Part shown: positions 1 through 16,085 of the stretch, piece after piece
How positions within the stretch are numbered: the first letter of the stretch is position 1
How the letters are laid out: each line of letters starts with the position of its first letter
NCBI GenBank assembly: GCA_012295275.1
Contig: CM022671.1
Location: 6,510,001-6,574,000, forward strand
Source of the DNA: Chrysomallon squamiferum
Lineage: Eukaryota; Animalia; Mollusca
DNA: 64,000 nucleotides
Direction: 5' to 3'
Program-made: the position numbers and the translations under genes
Notes under the pieces: model-generated
Seen by the model: the letters and a program-made list of their open reading frames with translations, nothing else
The model's database searches: none
Told to the model about the DNA's origin: nothing

Positions 1-173
1 ATAAATGAAGAGAGATAACCAGAGTGACTCTGGGGTGAAACTGTTTTTGGAAAAGCACAACCTGTTCTAAAAAAAATTCATCAACTTCATCATCATCATG
101 ATCATTTTTGCATTGGTGTATCAATTCTGATAAAAGTATCTAAATAAAGGTAATAGTTTGATATTTTAATTAC

Positions 174-2061
<1,888 letters not shown>

Positions 2062-2131
2062 GTTTATTTTCTGAGAGAATTTGCAGGGTGGACAAACAGT
2101 AAGAATGATGTAAAATGGCTCACAACTCCAC

Positions 2132-2155
2132 TATATATAGTGAAGAAGTCACGTG
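2132..2155 (-). promoter_or_regulatory. Core promoter of copy A (E-box plus TATA)
   Basis: CACGTG 2150-2155 and TATATATA 2132-2139, about 70 nt upstream of the ATG; identical in all 5'-complete copies. Confidence 0.6.
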
Positions 2156-3847
2156 ATTCTGAGAACGGTGTTCATAGCAAGTTAAAAAAACAGTTACAGA
2201 TCGTTAGTCTAATGGGAGCACAGTTCAATGAGAATGAGCTTGAAGAGATTAACAACGGCGTGTTCTATCAGTGAATAACAATCACGTTAAAACAGAGTGA
2301 TTTTCATCACAGATGCCGACTGATGGAATCACACAGATTAAGTCACGCACTTGTTTACTTTAGTAGAATTTTATAATTAGGGCTTCCTTCGTTCTCGCTG
2401 TAGAATCGCGTTAAACAACTAATTAACGATATTAATGATAACTAAATACTAATTATAACATATGAGACATACCCCCCGTCGCTTAGAAAGATAAAGCCAA
2501 AAGCTTGGATCATAAAATAGAATCTTACTAGCGAAACAGATAATGAAATAGTATATCAAATAAAAAAATGTTTTTGTAACGTATCGGAAAGTCTTTTAAT
2601 TTAAAATGCGATTTATGTGTGTTCACAGTTTCTAAGTTTACTTTATTGACTGAAAACTACTACTAATAATAATAATAAAGAATTTTAAATTTGGAACTGG
2701 AGATGTGTCTTTTCTTATATTCTTCCAATCGTGCTTATTTAGATCTGAGGATTCATCCATCTATTAACATATTTACACATGAATGTCCATCCATTCATCC
2801 ATGTATTTATCTCCTACTATTATCATTGATTCATCTCTCTATATAAAGAATCATGCACCAGTCTGAACTTAATATACATTCATTCTTACAATTATTTGTC
2901 TATCTTTCTACGGATCACTCTGTCTCGCTGTATATAGCCACACACCATTCAAACTACACCTATCTACATGTATGTCTGATTATAATTCTTGTATGCCATT
3001 TGTCAGTCTTCTTATATATTTATTTTTTGGTTCAGACGTCATCGATTCATTTCTTTCTCTCCCTAAATACGCCATCCGTCTGTCTAATCTATATATTCAT
3101 CAATATAACTTTCAGTATATACATCAGTTCATCTATCCATATATTCATACTGGTATCAATAATATGCATCTGTTCAACTGTAACTGCTCGTCATTCTATT
3201 AACCCATTCAGCCATTCCTCTGTCTAAGTGTTTAAGTATCTTTCCAAAGATTTTATCTCATTCCACAGATTTTATTTGTTGATCATCCAGCAATCTCATC
3301 TACAAATCCGTCCATCATCAGTAACCAACTCTATACATCCGTTCGTCCGTCTCTCACATACACTCATACATACACATACATACACACATACACAATCATA
3401 CATATATACACACACATACAGACACATACAGACACACATACATAGATAAACCGTAAATTAAATGTGTTTGTTTTCTCAAAGGTTTATCTCCGACCACCAA
3501 ATGATTAATGGCGTCATAATCAAATTCATATTTATTCCGAAAAAGGTTTTCAAAATGCTTTTAATATGACTCTACACCGAAACGAGAAAATCGTCTAATA
3601 CCACTTTTTGCTACAATGAACTCTATAACAGATATTCCCAGACATTATGTCTGAAGGACACTTTTGATGATGCCATTAAAGTCTGGAGACCCCATTTTTA
3701 AAACAAATTGATACTAAATACTTTTTAAATCTGTTTATTCAAGAGTTTTTGAATAATAATAAAATAGACATTTATAATTAATGAACCAATATGAAATTTT
3801 TATACTTGAAGAACAGAATATGTTGTTCTTTTTATATTTATACGTAT

Positions 3848-3882
<35 letters not shown>

Positions 3883-5132
3883 TTTTTTTTTATTTATTTA
3901 TTTATTTATTATTTTTTTTAATAGACATTTAATCTTTAGTCTTCTCTTTCTTCCAAATTCAGCATGTACAGCTGCTTACTTAGACATGCCTTAGTATGTC
4001 TTGCTCATAACATACGACAAGCGGGCAATTCTGAAGAAAAAATTCTAAACTTGGGATGTCTGGTATCAATTATTTCATTTCATTCGATTACATGTCTATA
4101 ATTTTTTTATTACTTTATTTTATTTTATTTTGTTCTATTCTCTTTGTTTTATTTTATTATATTTTTTTTATTTTTTTTTATTATTACTTTTTTGGCGCCA
4201 TTATTTTATTTTATTTTATTTCATTATTATCTCTTTGCTACAATGTAACGTCTATTCTAAAATAAACTTGTGTTTAACTTTTTTCAGAGAAATATCCTGT
4301 AAATGTCTGAATAGTTTTCTGTTTTTGTAGCGGTTTATATTAAAATAAAATAAAATAACAAAGAAAATAAATACCAATGTTTATGTTTTATCATTAATTG
4401 CGAAAGATAATTAAAATATAAATATATTAATAATAAATGTAAAGTATACGAAGTATATTTTGTCTATTTCTTTTGTACATTTCAAAGGATACGACGGATT
4501 TTAAATATTATATTCATCATAGAACTAAAGCATTATGTAAGAATTTGTGGATTTCTTAATGTTTTATTTGATTTAATTATTACACTTTGATTGAATTGTA
4601 AAATTAGCCGTATAAAAATAATGTAACACAAAATCCAGAATTCTACACTGAATACTGTTTATATAACAAACAATTTAAAGAAATTATTTTGATAAAATTA
4701 TATGAATTGCCCATAGTACAGTAAAAAAAAAAACTTAAAAGATTCAAATTATTATTCGTATTATGCAGGAGAGCTCTGGATTGTCTTAAAAATTAGGTTT
4801 TTTTTTTTTTCTCATTAATATCAAATGTTATTTGCTATTATTTATCACATTTCTAAATATTATTCTCCTTGATATATTTTCATAACTGTTAAGTTAATGG
4901 AAGTAAAGACAAACTGCATGATTCAAATTTTCAGTCCATGTTATTATTTATTTATGATTATTAATATTTTTAAGTTATTCATAGAAAGAGATGGCAGTCT
5001 CGAGATGGTAATTTGCTGTTGATCTAAACAAACCAATTAATGAATATCAAACATCTTTAAAGAAAACAACAAATAGATTTATATATTTTGTATATTTATT
5101 AACAAACATGACTCGATCATATAAATACAAAT

Positions 5133-5410
5133 AACTGTCAGATAACAGGCTCCGACATAACAATATTGTACATAAGAACTGTCAGATAACATCCTCCGAC
5201 ACAACAATATTTTATATAACAACTGTCAGATAACAGGCTCCGACACAACAATATTTTATATAACAACTGTCAGATAACATCCTCCGACACAACAGTCTTT
5301 TATATAACAACTGTCAGATAACAGGCTCCGACACAACAATATTGTACATAACAACTGTCAGATAACATCCGCCGACACAACAGTGTTTTATAGAAAAAAT
5401 GTCAGATAAC
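5133..5410 (-). repeat. 44-bp hairpin minisatellite in 3' UTR of copy B (6 units plus a half unit)
   Basis: Reverse complement of repeated TGTCGGA-(GGAT/GCCT)GTTA-TCTGACA units. Confidence 0.9.
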
Positions 5411-5453
5411 ATGAGTATAAAAAATCAAAACAATTTCCGTCGACATCAGCATC

Positions 5454-7707
5454 TCAGAATAAAGGCGGTGATCCACTCTGCTGAAGTGGTAGACAACGTC
5501 GTCTTCTCTGCCCAGCAGTCCAAGACTTGGCACGGGACCGGAAGTGACGTAGATCTTCACTATGTTCCTTCTCAAGCATGGGTACATAGTCGACAGGTGA
5601 ACAGTGATTCTGTAAATATAAAATAAATATTTATAACACATGTTAGAATACTGGTATATTATATTAAATTATGCAATTTTAAAATCAAAAGCAAGTTGTA
5701 ACTATGGTAGCAGCAGTCATTCGCTTGTTTATATAAATGAAGAGAGATAACCAGAGTGACTCTGGGGTGAAACTGTTTTTGGAAAAGCACAACCTGTTCT
5801 AAAAAAAATTCATCAACTTCATCATCATCATGATCATTTTTGCATTGGTGTATCAATTCTGATAAAAGTATCTAAATAAAAGTAATAGTTTTATATTAAA
5901 ATTACCTGAAACTGGTTGAAGAACTGCTTGTATCCACCACACAGAAGATAGATCTCAGGAAAGAAAAGTTTCGGGTACACGTCACTGTTCAGTTTACGAT
6001 CCTCGTTTCTCAGATAGCGTAATCTAAATAAATATAAAACAAATATAAAACAAACTGAAGTAGAAAAAAAAAAATACAATAAAAAATAAAATATAGAGCT
6101 TTTTTAAATAAAGAAACCTAAATAAAAACACAATAAACTTGTGCATAATTATAAAAACAATATAATTTTGAAATATAAATTAGGTACGATAACAATAGAA
6201 AAATTACCAAAGTTTAATCAATAAAATGTTGTCTTTCCTTTTACTCAGCGGTATATGCCAATTTGTTTTATTAAACGTTTTCAATACAAACTGCAACAAC
6301 AGATTAGAAACACGACTTACAGTTTAGGAGCTCGTTCTGAAGAGAATTCACAGTGGAAGATCAAAATGTGTTTCTCACACTGAGTCGACTGTGTTGAGAG
6401 AAATGTTTGTACATCTTTCTGTGTGTACAAGTTGATAGCTCCCTGAAATTTACAAATATTTTTATTAATACATTTCATATTTTTTGTTCAATTAATGACT
6501 GACATAGAAATTAAAATAGCTTATATCACAGATAAAAAAATTAACTGAATCGTTAAAGAGAGAGAGAGAGAGACAGAGAGAGAATTATACTTTTAAAAAT
6601 GTACACACCTTAATATGGCCTCCTTCAAACTCGTACGGATATCTGCAGTCGACAATTTGAAAACTAGAAATTTCATCCTGGTAGACTCCATCAATTAACT
6701 CTGTCACGGTTGTCGGACTGATAGACATCAGGTCTGGTTTATCTCCACAAACAGTTGGTAAACAATGATTCTGAAAAACAAATTAAAAATTATTTTACGC
6801 GGATAAAACAATAACAGCAAAAATAATATTTAATAAAACTAATATTAGTGTCACTGTTATAGTTTAAGGAATTCGACAATGAAAAAGATAAAAATATTAC
6901 TATTAATATTACTACCATTGTGCTTATTGTCATCAAATGTCCTTATTATACAAGACAACTTTTAAGAACGTATTATTTAATCTTTGTATGAAAATATTTT
7001 AATTGCTATGGAGTTCGATCAGTCACTTTTGTGAAAAGAAAACAACAATTACCTCAGACCCGTCTACTGTCAAATGACCTTCACCTTCCATTTTCTGACT
7101 TATATCAATTGATACGTCATCATCACTGGCTGATTCTCCAAGGCGAAAATGTTTTGGAAAGACGTCAACATCAACATCGTCATCATCTCTCAGTCTCTTT
7201 CCAGAAAACAGACTTCTTCTAGTATTATTGTTGTTGTTGTAGGATTTTTTAGGTGACGGAGTGAAACACTGAAAAATAGAAAATAAATTGTGAAAGAAAG
7301 AGAAACAGAGATATTACGTTAAAATCACTTACTGAATATTACACATATTATTGAAGAAAAAAAATCCCAAACTTGTTTCACATATAAAAAAATGTATAGT
7401 ATGTAACTACATAACACAATGAATAAACAAATATCTTGTATTTAGTTAATTGTAATAAAACTTAGCTGTGTTTATAAAAAGTAAAACTAGGTTTTCAGAG
7501 AGTTAACATAATATTTAAATTAAAATATTTATAATAAAATAAAAGTACAGCTGACCTGGTTTGTCGGTGAACCGTATCCACTATCTCGGGAATCCTCATC
7601 AACCCACTGAAACGTTCTGCTGAAGAGAAGACGTCAACAAAGTCGTCGTCACGTGTTTTGGAAAGAGGAGAAAAATCGTCGTCAAAGCACAGATTTCTGG
7701 ACACCAT
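5454..7707 (-). pseudogene. cdc25: Cdc25-like copy B, all 6 exons, +2 nt frameshift in exon 1 (pseudogene or consensus error)
   Basis: Exons 7707-7556 (152 nt vs 150 in other copies; tgaagagaag vs tgaagaag near 7621-7630), 7268-7053, 6770-6609, 6442-6321, 6023-5906, 5609-5454 (TGA). Upstream DNA at 7730-8070 has several small indels relative to the other copies, so a sequencing error is possible. Confidence 0.75.
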
Positions 7708-7776
7708 GTTTATTTTCTGAGAGAATTTGCAGGGTGACAAACAGTAAGAATGATGTAAAATGGCTCACAACTCCAC

Positions 7777-7800
7777 TATATATAGTGAAGAAGTCACGTG
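7777..7800 (-). promoter_or_regulatory. Core promoter of copy B (E-box plus TATA)
   Basis: CACGTG 7795-7800, TATATATA 7777-7784. Confidence 0.55.
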
Positions 7801-8530
7801 ATTCTGAGAACTGTGTTCATATAGGTGTTAAAAAAACAGTTACAGATCGTTAGTCTAATGGGAGCACAGTTCAATGAGAATGAGCTTGAAGAGATTAACA
7901 ACGGCGTGTTCTATCAGTGAATAACAATCACGTTAAAACAGAGTGATTTTCATCACAGATGCCGACTGATGATCACATCAAACATCATTAAGTCACGCAA
8001 TCTTGTTTTCTTTAGTAGAATTTTATAATTAGGGCTTCCTTCGTTCTCGCTGGTAGAATCTATATACTTAAACAACTAATTAACGATATAGTCTAAATTT
8101 AAATGATTACTTTTTCAGTTTCTGCTCTAACAGACTGCAATAATAATTACATTATTTTACAAACTATATTTTGGAAAACGTTTCCAGTTAATCAAACAAA
8201 ATGAAATTTTTATACTAAACTAACATTTATTGTTTCACGCGAAGGATAAACTTGGTGATTGTTTCTTATATGGACCATTTACATTGGTCTGGTTTGTAAG
8301 CTGTAATCTTAAGTCTCCTCTTTTTTCAGCATGTTCTTTGCTTGATTAGAAATGCATCAAGATATATATATAAGTTCTTTATTGGAAAATTTTATTTTTA
8401 AATATATTTTATTTTATTCATTCATTTTTTTTCTACTGAATAATACAATTTTTGAAGAAAAAAAATGGTAAAAAAAAAAGAAATCAATGTCCTAACAGTC
8501 CCTTAATTTTTATCACAATAAAACTAAGTT

Positions 8531-8539
8531 AATAATAAC

Positions 8540-8602
<63 letters not shown>

Positions 8603-8615
8603 TATTATTATTATT
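8531..8615. repeat. (AAT)n(ATT)n microsatellite
   Basis: Direct reading; similar tracts at ~39833-39928 and ~42030-42103. Confidence 0.9.
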
Positions 8616-9995
8616 AAAATAAAGAAATAAAGATGTAATATCAATCGTCATGCCTTTGTAATAATATTCTATTATAGGATTGGCTAAAGATTCTGAAAAT
8701 ATATAAATAGTTTTACACTGTTTGACAGAATTTAATCAAGCTGTAAGATTTTTGATAAATACAAATAACTTTCAGATAACACAGTCGAATACCGAACACA
8801 AATTGTAAAAATACAAAATCAATATCTATAACAAATGCTATAATACTAGTATTATATTATTCAGGTTGTCAAATAAATCACCAAATAATTATGGTGAAAA
8901 TAGAAAAGTAAATCATCAGAAATTAAAATGGTCAGATATGTGTGTGCGACCCTGTGTGTGTCTTACATCGCTAAGACTGTCATTGCGGGGAGGATTATCG
9001 ATGCTAAGAGCCATGAAATGTCCACAGTAAACATCTACCTCAGAAATTTTGAAATATAAACACCCGGAAAACGATTTTAAACATTAAAATAATATTTCAT
9101 TCTGAAAAAAATATTTGTGGCCCAGTTGAGATGGTCACAATGTATGTATGAGGACAGACCGATGGAAAAATGTACAGGCATTTACGGATGAGACTATGCA
9201 GAAAAAATAAATAAAAACGAATTATAAAAATAAAAGTGAAACTCAAATAATAAACAAAATTTGTGCTTAGAAAAATCCGACAACTAAGTACCAGACTTTG
9301 GCATCGTTTACAAAAACATATTTTTATTTGATAAACTGTTTAATCAGCTGCTTCGATGGATACAGAAAAACATAGATGCTGTATGGACCTATGTATTTGC
9401 ACTTTAGATTAATCTTTGGATAATTATTTGGACAAATAAATTGGTATTCAGATGCGTAAATGTTTATAGAGAAAAATACGTTTTATGATACATGGCAAAA
9501 CAAATATATTGGAAGAATGGAACGATTATTATTATTATTCAGACATTAAAATAAATATAGAAACTGTGCACAGAAAGAAAAAAAGCACATTAAATTCAAC
9601 TATTTAATCAGCTGTTTCATTAGTAAGATTCTACTCTACGATTCAAGCTTTTGGCTTTATCTTTCTAAACGACGGGCGGTATTTTTCATATGTTATAATT
9701 AGTATTTAGTTATCATTAATATCGTTAATTAGTTGTTTAACGAGATTCCACAGCGAGAACGAAGGAAGCCCTAATTATAAAATTCTACTAAAGTAAACAA
9801 GTGCGTGACTTAATCTGTGTGATTCCATCAGTCGGCATCTGTGATGAAAATCACTCTGTTTTAACGTGATTGTTATTCACTGATCGAACACGCCGTTGTT
9901 AATCTCTTCAAGCTCATTCTCATTGAACTGTGCTCCCATTAGACTAACGATCTGTGACTGTTTTTTTAACTTGCTATGAACACCGTTCTCAGAAT

Positions 9996-10048
9996 CACGT
10001 GACTTCTTCACTATATATAGTGGAGTTGTGAGCCATTTTACATCATTC
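9996..10048 (+). promoter_or_regulatory. Core promoter of copy C (E-box, TATA, Inr-like)
   Basis: CACGTG 9996-10001, TATATATA 10012-10019, TCATTC Inr-like 10043-10048 about 30 nt after the TATA start. Confidence 0.6.
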
Positions 10049-10089
10049 TTACTGTTTGTCCACCCTGCAAATTCTCTCAGAAAATAAAC

Positions 10090-12399
<2,310 letters not shown>

Positions 12400-12440
12400 G
12401 ATGCTGATGTCGACGGAAATTGATTTGATTTTTTATACTC

Positions 12441-12720
12441 ATGTTATCTGACATTTTTTCTATAAAACACTGTTGTGTCGGCAGATGTTATCTGACAGTT
12501 GTTATGTACAATATTGTTGTGTCAGAGCCTGTTATCTGACAGTTGTTATATAAAAGACTGTTGTGTCGGAGGATGTTTTCTGACAGTTATATAAAATACT
12601 GTTGTGTCGGAGCCTGTTATCTGACAGTTGTTATATCAAATATTGTTTTGTCGGAGGATGTTATCTGACAGTTCTTATGTACAATATTGTTATGTCGGAG
12701 CCTGTTATCTGACAGTTATT
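12441..12720 (+). repeat. 44-bp hairpin minisatellite in 3' UTR of copy C (6 units plus a half unit)
   Basis: Unit starts at 12471, 12515, 12559 (period 44); lies between the stop (12399) and AATAAA (12750-12755). Confidence 0.92.
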
Positions 12721-13416
12721 TGTATTTATATGATCGAGTCATGTTTGTTAATAAATATACAAAATATATAAATCTATTTGTTGTTTTCTTTAAAGATGTT
12801 TGATATTCATTAATTGGTTTGTTTAGATCAACAGCAAATTACCATCTCGAGACTGCCATCTCTTTCTATGAATAACTTAAAAATATTAATAATCATAAAT
12901 AAATAATAACATGGACTGAAAATTTGAATCATGCAGAATGGAACGATTATTATTATTATTCAGACATTAAAATAAATATAGAAACTGTGCACAGAAAGAA
13001 AAAAAGCACATTAAATTCAACTATTTAATCAGCTGTTTCATTAGTAAGATTCTACTCTACGATTCAAGCTTTTGGCTTTATCTTTCTAAACGACGGGCGG
13101 TATTTTTCATATATTATAATTAGTATTTAGTTATCATTAATATCGTTAATTAGTTGTTTAACGAGATTCCACAGCGAGAACGAAGGAAGCCCTAATTATA
13201 AAATTCTACTAAAGTAAACAAGTGCGTGACTTAATCTGTGTGATTCCATCAGTCGGCATCTGTGATGAAAATCACTCTGTTTTAACGTGATTGTTATTCA
13301 CTGATCGAACACGCCGTTGTTAATCTCTTCAAGCTCATTCTCATTGAACTGTGCTCCCATTAGGCTAACGATCTGTGACTGTTTTTTTAACTTGCTATGA
13401 ACACCGTTCTCAGAAT

Positions 13417-13440
13417 CACGTGACTTCTTCACTATATATA
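13417..13440 (+). promoter_or_regulatory. Core promoter of copy D
   Basis: CACGTG 13417-13422, TATATATA 13433-13440. Confidence 0.55.
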
Positions 13441-13510
13441 GTGGAGTTGTGAGCCATTTTACATCATTCTTACTGTTTGTCCACCCTGCAAATTCTCTCA
13501 GAAAATAAAC

Positions 13511-15765
13511 ATGGTGTCCAGAAATCTGTGCTTTGACGACGATTTTTCTCCTCTTTCCAAAACACGTGACGACGACTTTGTTGACGTCTTCTTCAGCAGA
13601 ACGTTTCAGTGGGTTGATGAGGATTCCCGAGATAGTGGATACGGTTCACCGACAAACCAGGTCAGCTGTACTTTCATTTCATTAAAAATATTTTAATTTG
13701 AATATTATGTTAACTCTCTGAAAACGTAATTTTTCTTTTTATAAAGAGAGCTAAGTTTTATTACAATTAACTGAACATAAACTATTTGTTTATTGATTCT
13801 GTTATGTACTTACATACTATACTATATATGTGCAAACATGTTGTTTGATTTACTTTAATACATGTGAAATACAATAAGTGATTTTAACGTAATATCTCTG
13901 TTTCTCTTTCTTTCACAATTTATTTTCTATTTTTCAGTGTTTCACTCCGTCACCTAAAAAATCCTACAACAACAACAATAATACTAGAAGAAGTCTGTTT
14001 TCTGGAAAGAGACTGAGAGATGATGACGATGTTGATGTTGACGTCTTTCCAAAACATTTTCGCCTTGGAGAATCAGCCAGTGATGATGACGTATCAATTG
14101 ATATAAGTCAGAAAATGGAAGGTGAAGGTCATTTGACAGGAGACGGGTCTGAGGTAATTGTTGTTTTCTTTTCACAAAAGTGACTGATCGAACTCCATAG
14201 CAATTAAAATATTTTCATAGAAAGATTAAATAATACGTTCTTAAAAGTTGTCTTGTATAATAAGCACATTTGATGACAATAATGAACAATGGTAGTAATA
14301 TTAATAGTAATATTTTTATCTTTTTCATTGTCGAATTCCTTAAACTATAACAGTGACACTAATATTAGTTTTATTAAATATTATTTTTGCTGTTATTGTT
14401 TTATCCACGTAAAATAATTTTTTCAGACAGTTTTTCAGAATCATTGTTTACCAACTGTTTGTGGAGATAAACCAGACCTGATGTCTATCAGTCCGACAAC
14501 CGTGACAGAGTTAATTGATGGAGTCTACCAGGATGAAATTTCTAGTTTTCAAATTGTCGACTGCAGATATCCATACGAGTTTGAAGGAGGCCATATTAAG
14601 ATGTGTACATTTTTTAAATATAATTCTGTCTCTCTCTCTCTCTTCTCTCTTTCTCTCTCTCTTAACGATTCAGTTAATTTTTTATTTTTTTTCTGTGATA
14701 TAAGCTATTTTAATTTCCATGTCAATCATTAATTGAACAAAGAATGAAATGTATTAATAAAAATATTTGTAAATTTCAGGGAGCTATCAACTTGTACACA
14801 CAGAAAGATGTACAAACATTTCTCTCAACACAGTCGACTCAGTGTGAGAAGCACATTTTGATCTTCCACTGTGAATTCTCTTCAGAACGAGCTCCTAAAC
14901 TGTAAGTCGTGTTTCTAATCTGTTGTTGCAGTTTGTATTGAAAACGTTTAATAAAACAAATTGGCATATACCGCTGAGTAAAAGGAAAGACAACATTTTA
15001 TTGATTAAACTTTGGTAATTTTTCTATTGTTATCGTACCTAATTTATATTTAAAAATTATATTGTTTTTATAATTATGCACAAGTTTATTGTGTTTTTAT
15101 TTAGGTTTCTTTATTTAAAAAAGCTCTATATTTTATTTTTTATTTTTTATTTTTTTCTACTTCAGTTTGTTTTATATTTGTTTTATATTTATTTAGATTA
15201 CGCTATCTGAGAAACGAGGATCGTAAACTGAACAGTGACGTGTACCCGAAACTTTTCTTTCCTGAGATCTATCTTCTGTGTGGTGGATACAAGCAGTTCT
15301 TCAACCAGTTTCAGGTAATTTTAATATAAAACTATTATTTTATTTAGATACTTTTATCAGAATTGATACACCAATGCAAAAATGATCATGATGATGATGA
15401 AGTTGATGAATTTTTTTTAGAACAGGTTGTGCTTTTCCAAAACCACTTTCACCCCAGAGTCACTCTGGTTATCTCTCTTCATTTATATAAACAAGCGAAT
15501 GACTGCTGCTACCATAGTTACAACTTGCTTTTGATTTTAAAATTGCATAATTTAATATAATATACCAGTATTCTAACATGTGTTATAAATATTTATTTTA
15601 TATTTACAGAATCACTGTTTACCTGTCGACTATGTACCCATGCTTGAGAAGGAACATAGTGAAGATCTACGTCACTTCCGGTCCCGTGCCAAGTCTTGGA
15701 CTGCTGGGCAGAGAAGACGACGTTGTCTACCACTTCAGCAGTGTGGATCACCGCCTTTATTCTGA
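13511..15765 (+). pseudogene. cdc25: Cdc25-like copy D, exons intact but intron-3 donor GT>AT
   Basis: Exons 13511-13660, 13938-14153, 14439-14600, 14780-14901, 15197-15314, 15610-15765. After exon 3 it reads ATTAAG|atgtgt where other copies read ATTAAG|gtgt. The nearest GTs (+3, +5) would shift the frame. Confidence 0.7.
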
Positions 15766-15806
15766 GATGCTGATGTCGACGGAAATTGATTTGATTTTTT
15801 ATACTC

Positions 15807-16085
15807 ATGTTATCTGACATTTTTTCTATAAAACACTGTTGTGTCGGCAGATGTTATCTGACAGTTGTTATGTACAATATTGTTGTGTCAGAGCCTGTTA
15901 TCTGACAGTTGTTATATAAAAGACTGTTGTGTCGGAGGATGTTTTCTGACAGTTATATAAAATACTGTTGTGTCGGAGCCTGTTATCTGACAGTTGTTAT
16001 ATCAAATATTGTTTTGTCGGAGGATGTTATCTGACAGTTCTTATGTACAATATTGTTATGTCGGAGCCTGTTATCTGACAGTTAT
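15807..16085 (+). repeat. 44-bp hairpin minisatellite, copy D
   Basis: Same units and order as copy C. Confidence 0.9.

Noticed and set aside
2853-3449. 124-aa and neighbouring hydrophobic ORFs in the array spacer
   Set aside because: Low-complexity ATCC/ATCT-rich DNA; reading frames are not preserved among the paralogous spacers.
8531-8615. (AAT)n(ATT)n hairpin as cause of the inversion
   Set aside because: The same pattern occurs at ~39900 and ~42080 with no rearrangement, and it is not at either arm boundary.
12425-12440. CPE-like TTTTTAT in the cdc25 3' UTR
   Set aside because: Expected by chance in DNA this AT-rich; not supportable without conservation data.
12441-12720. CRISPR-like appearance of regularly spaced palindromic repeats
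   Set aside because: The intervening sequences are themselves near-identical rather than unique spacers, there are no cas genes, and the context is a eukaryotic 3' UTR.
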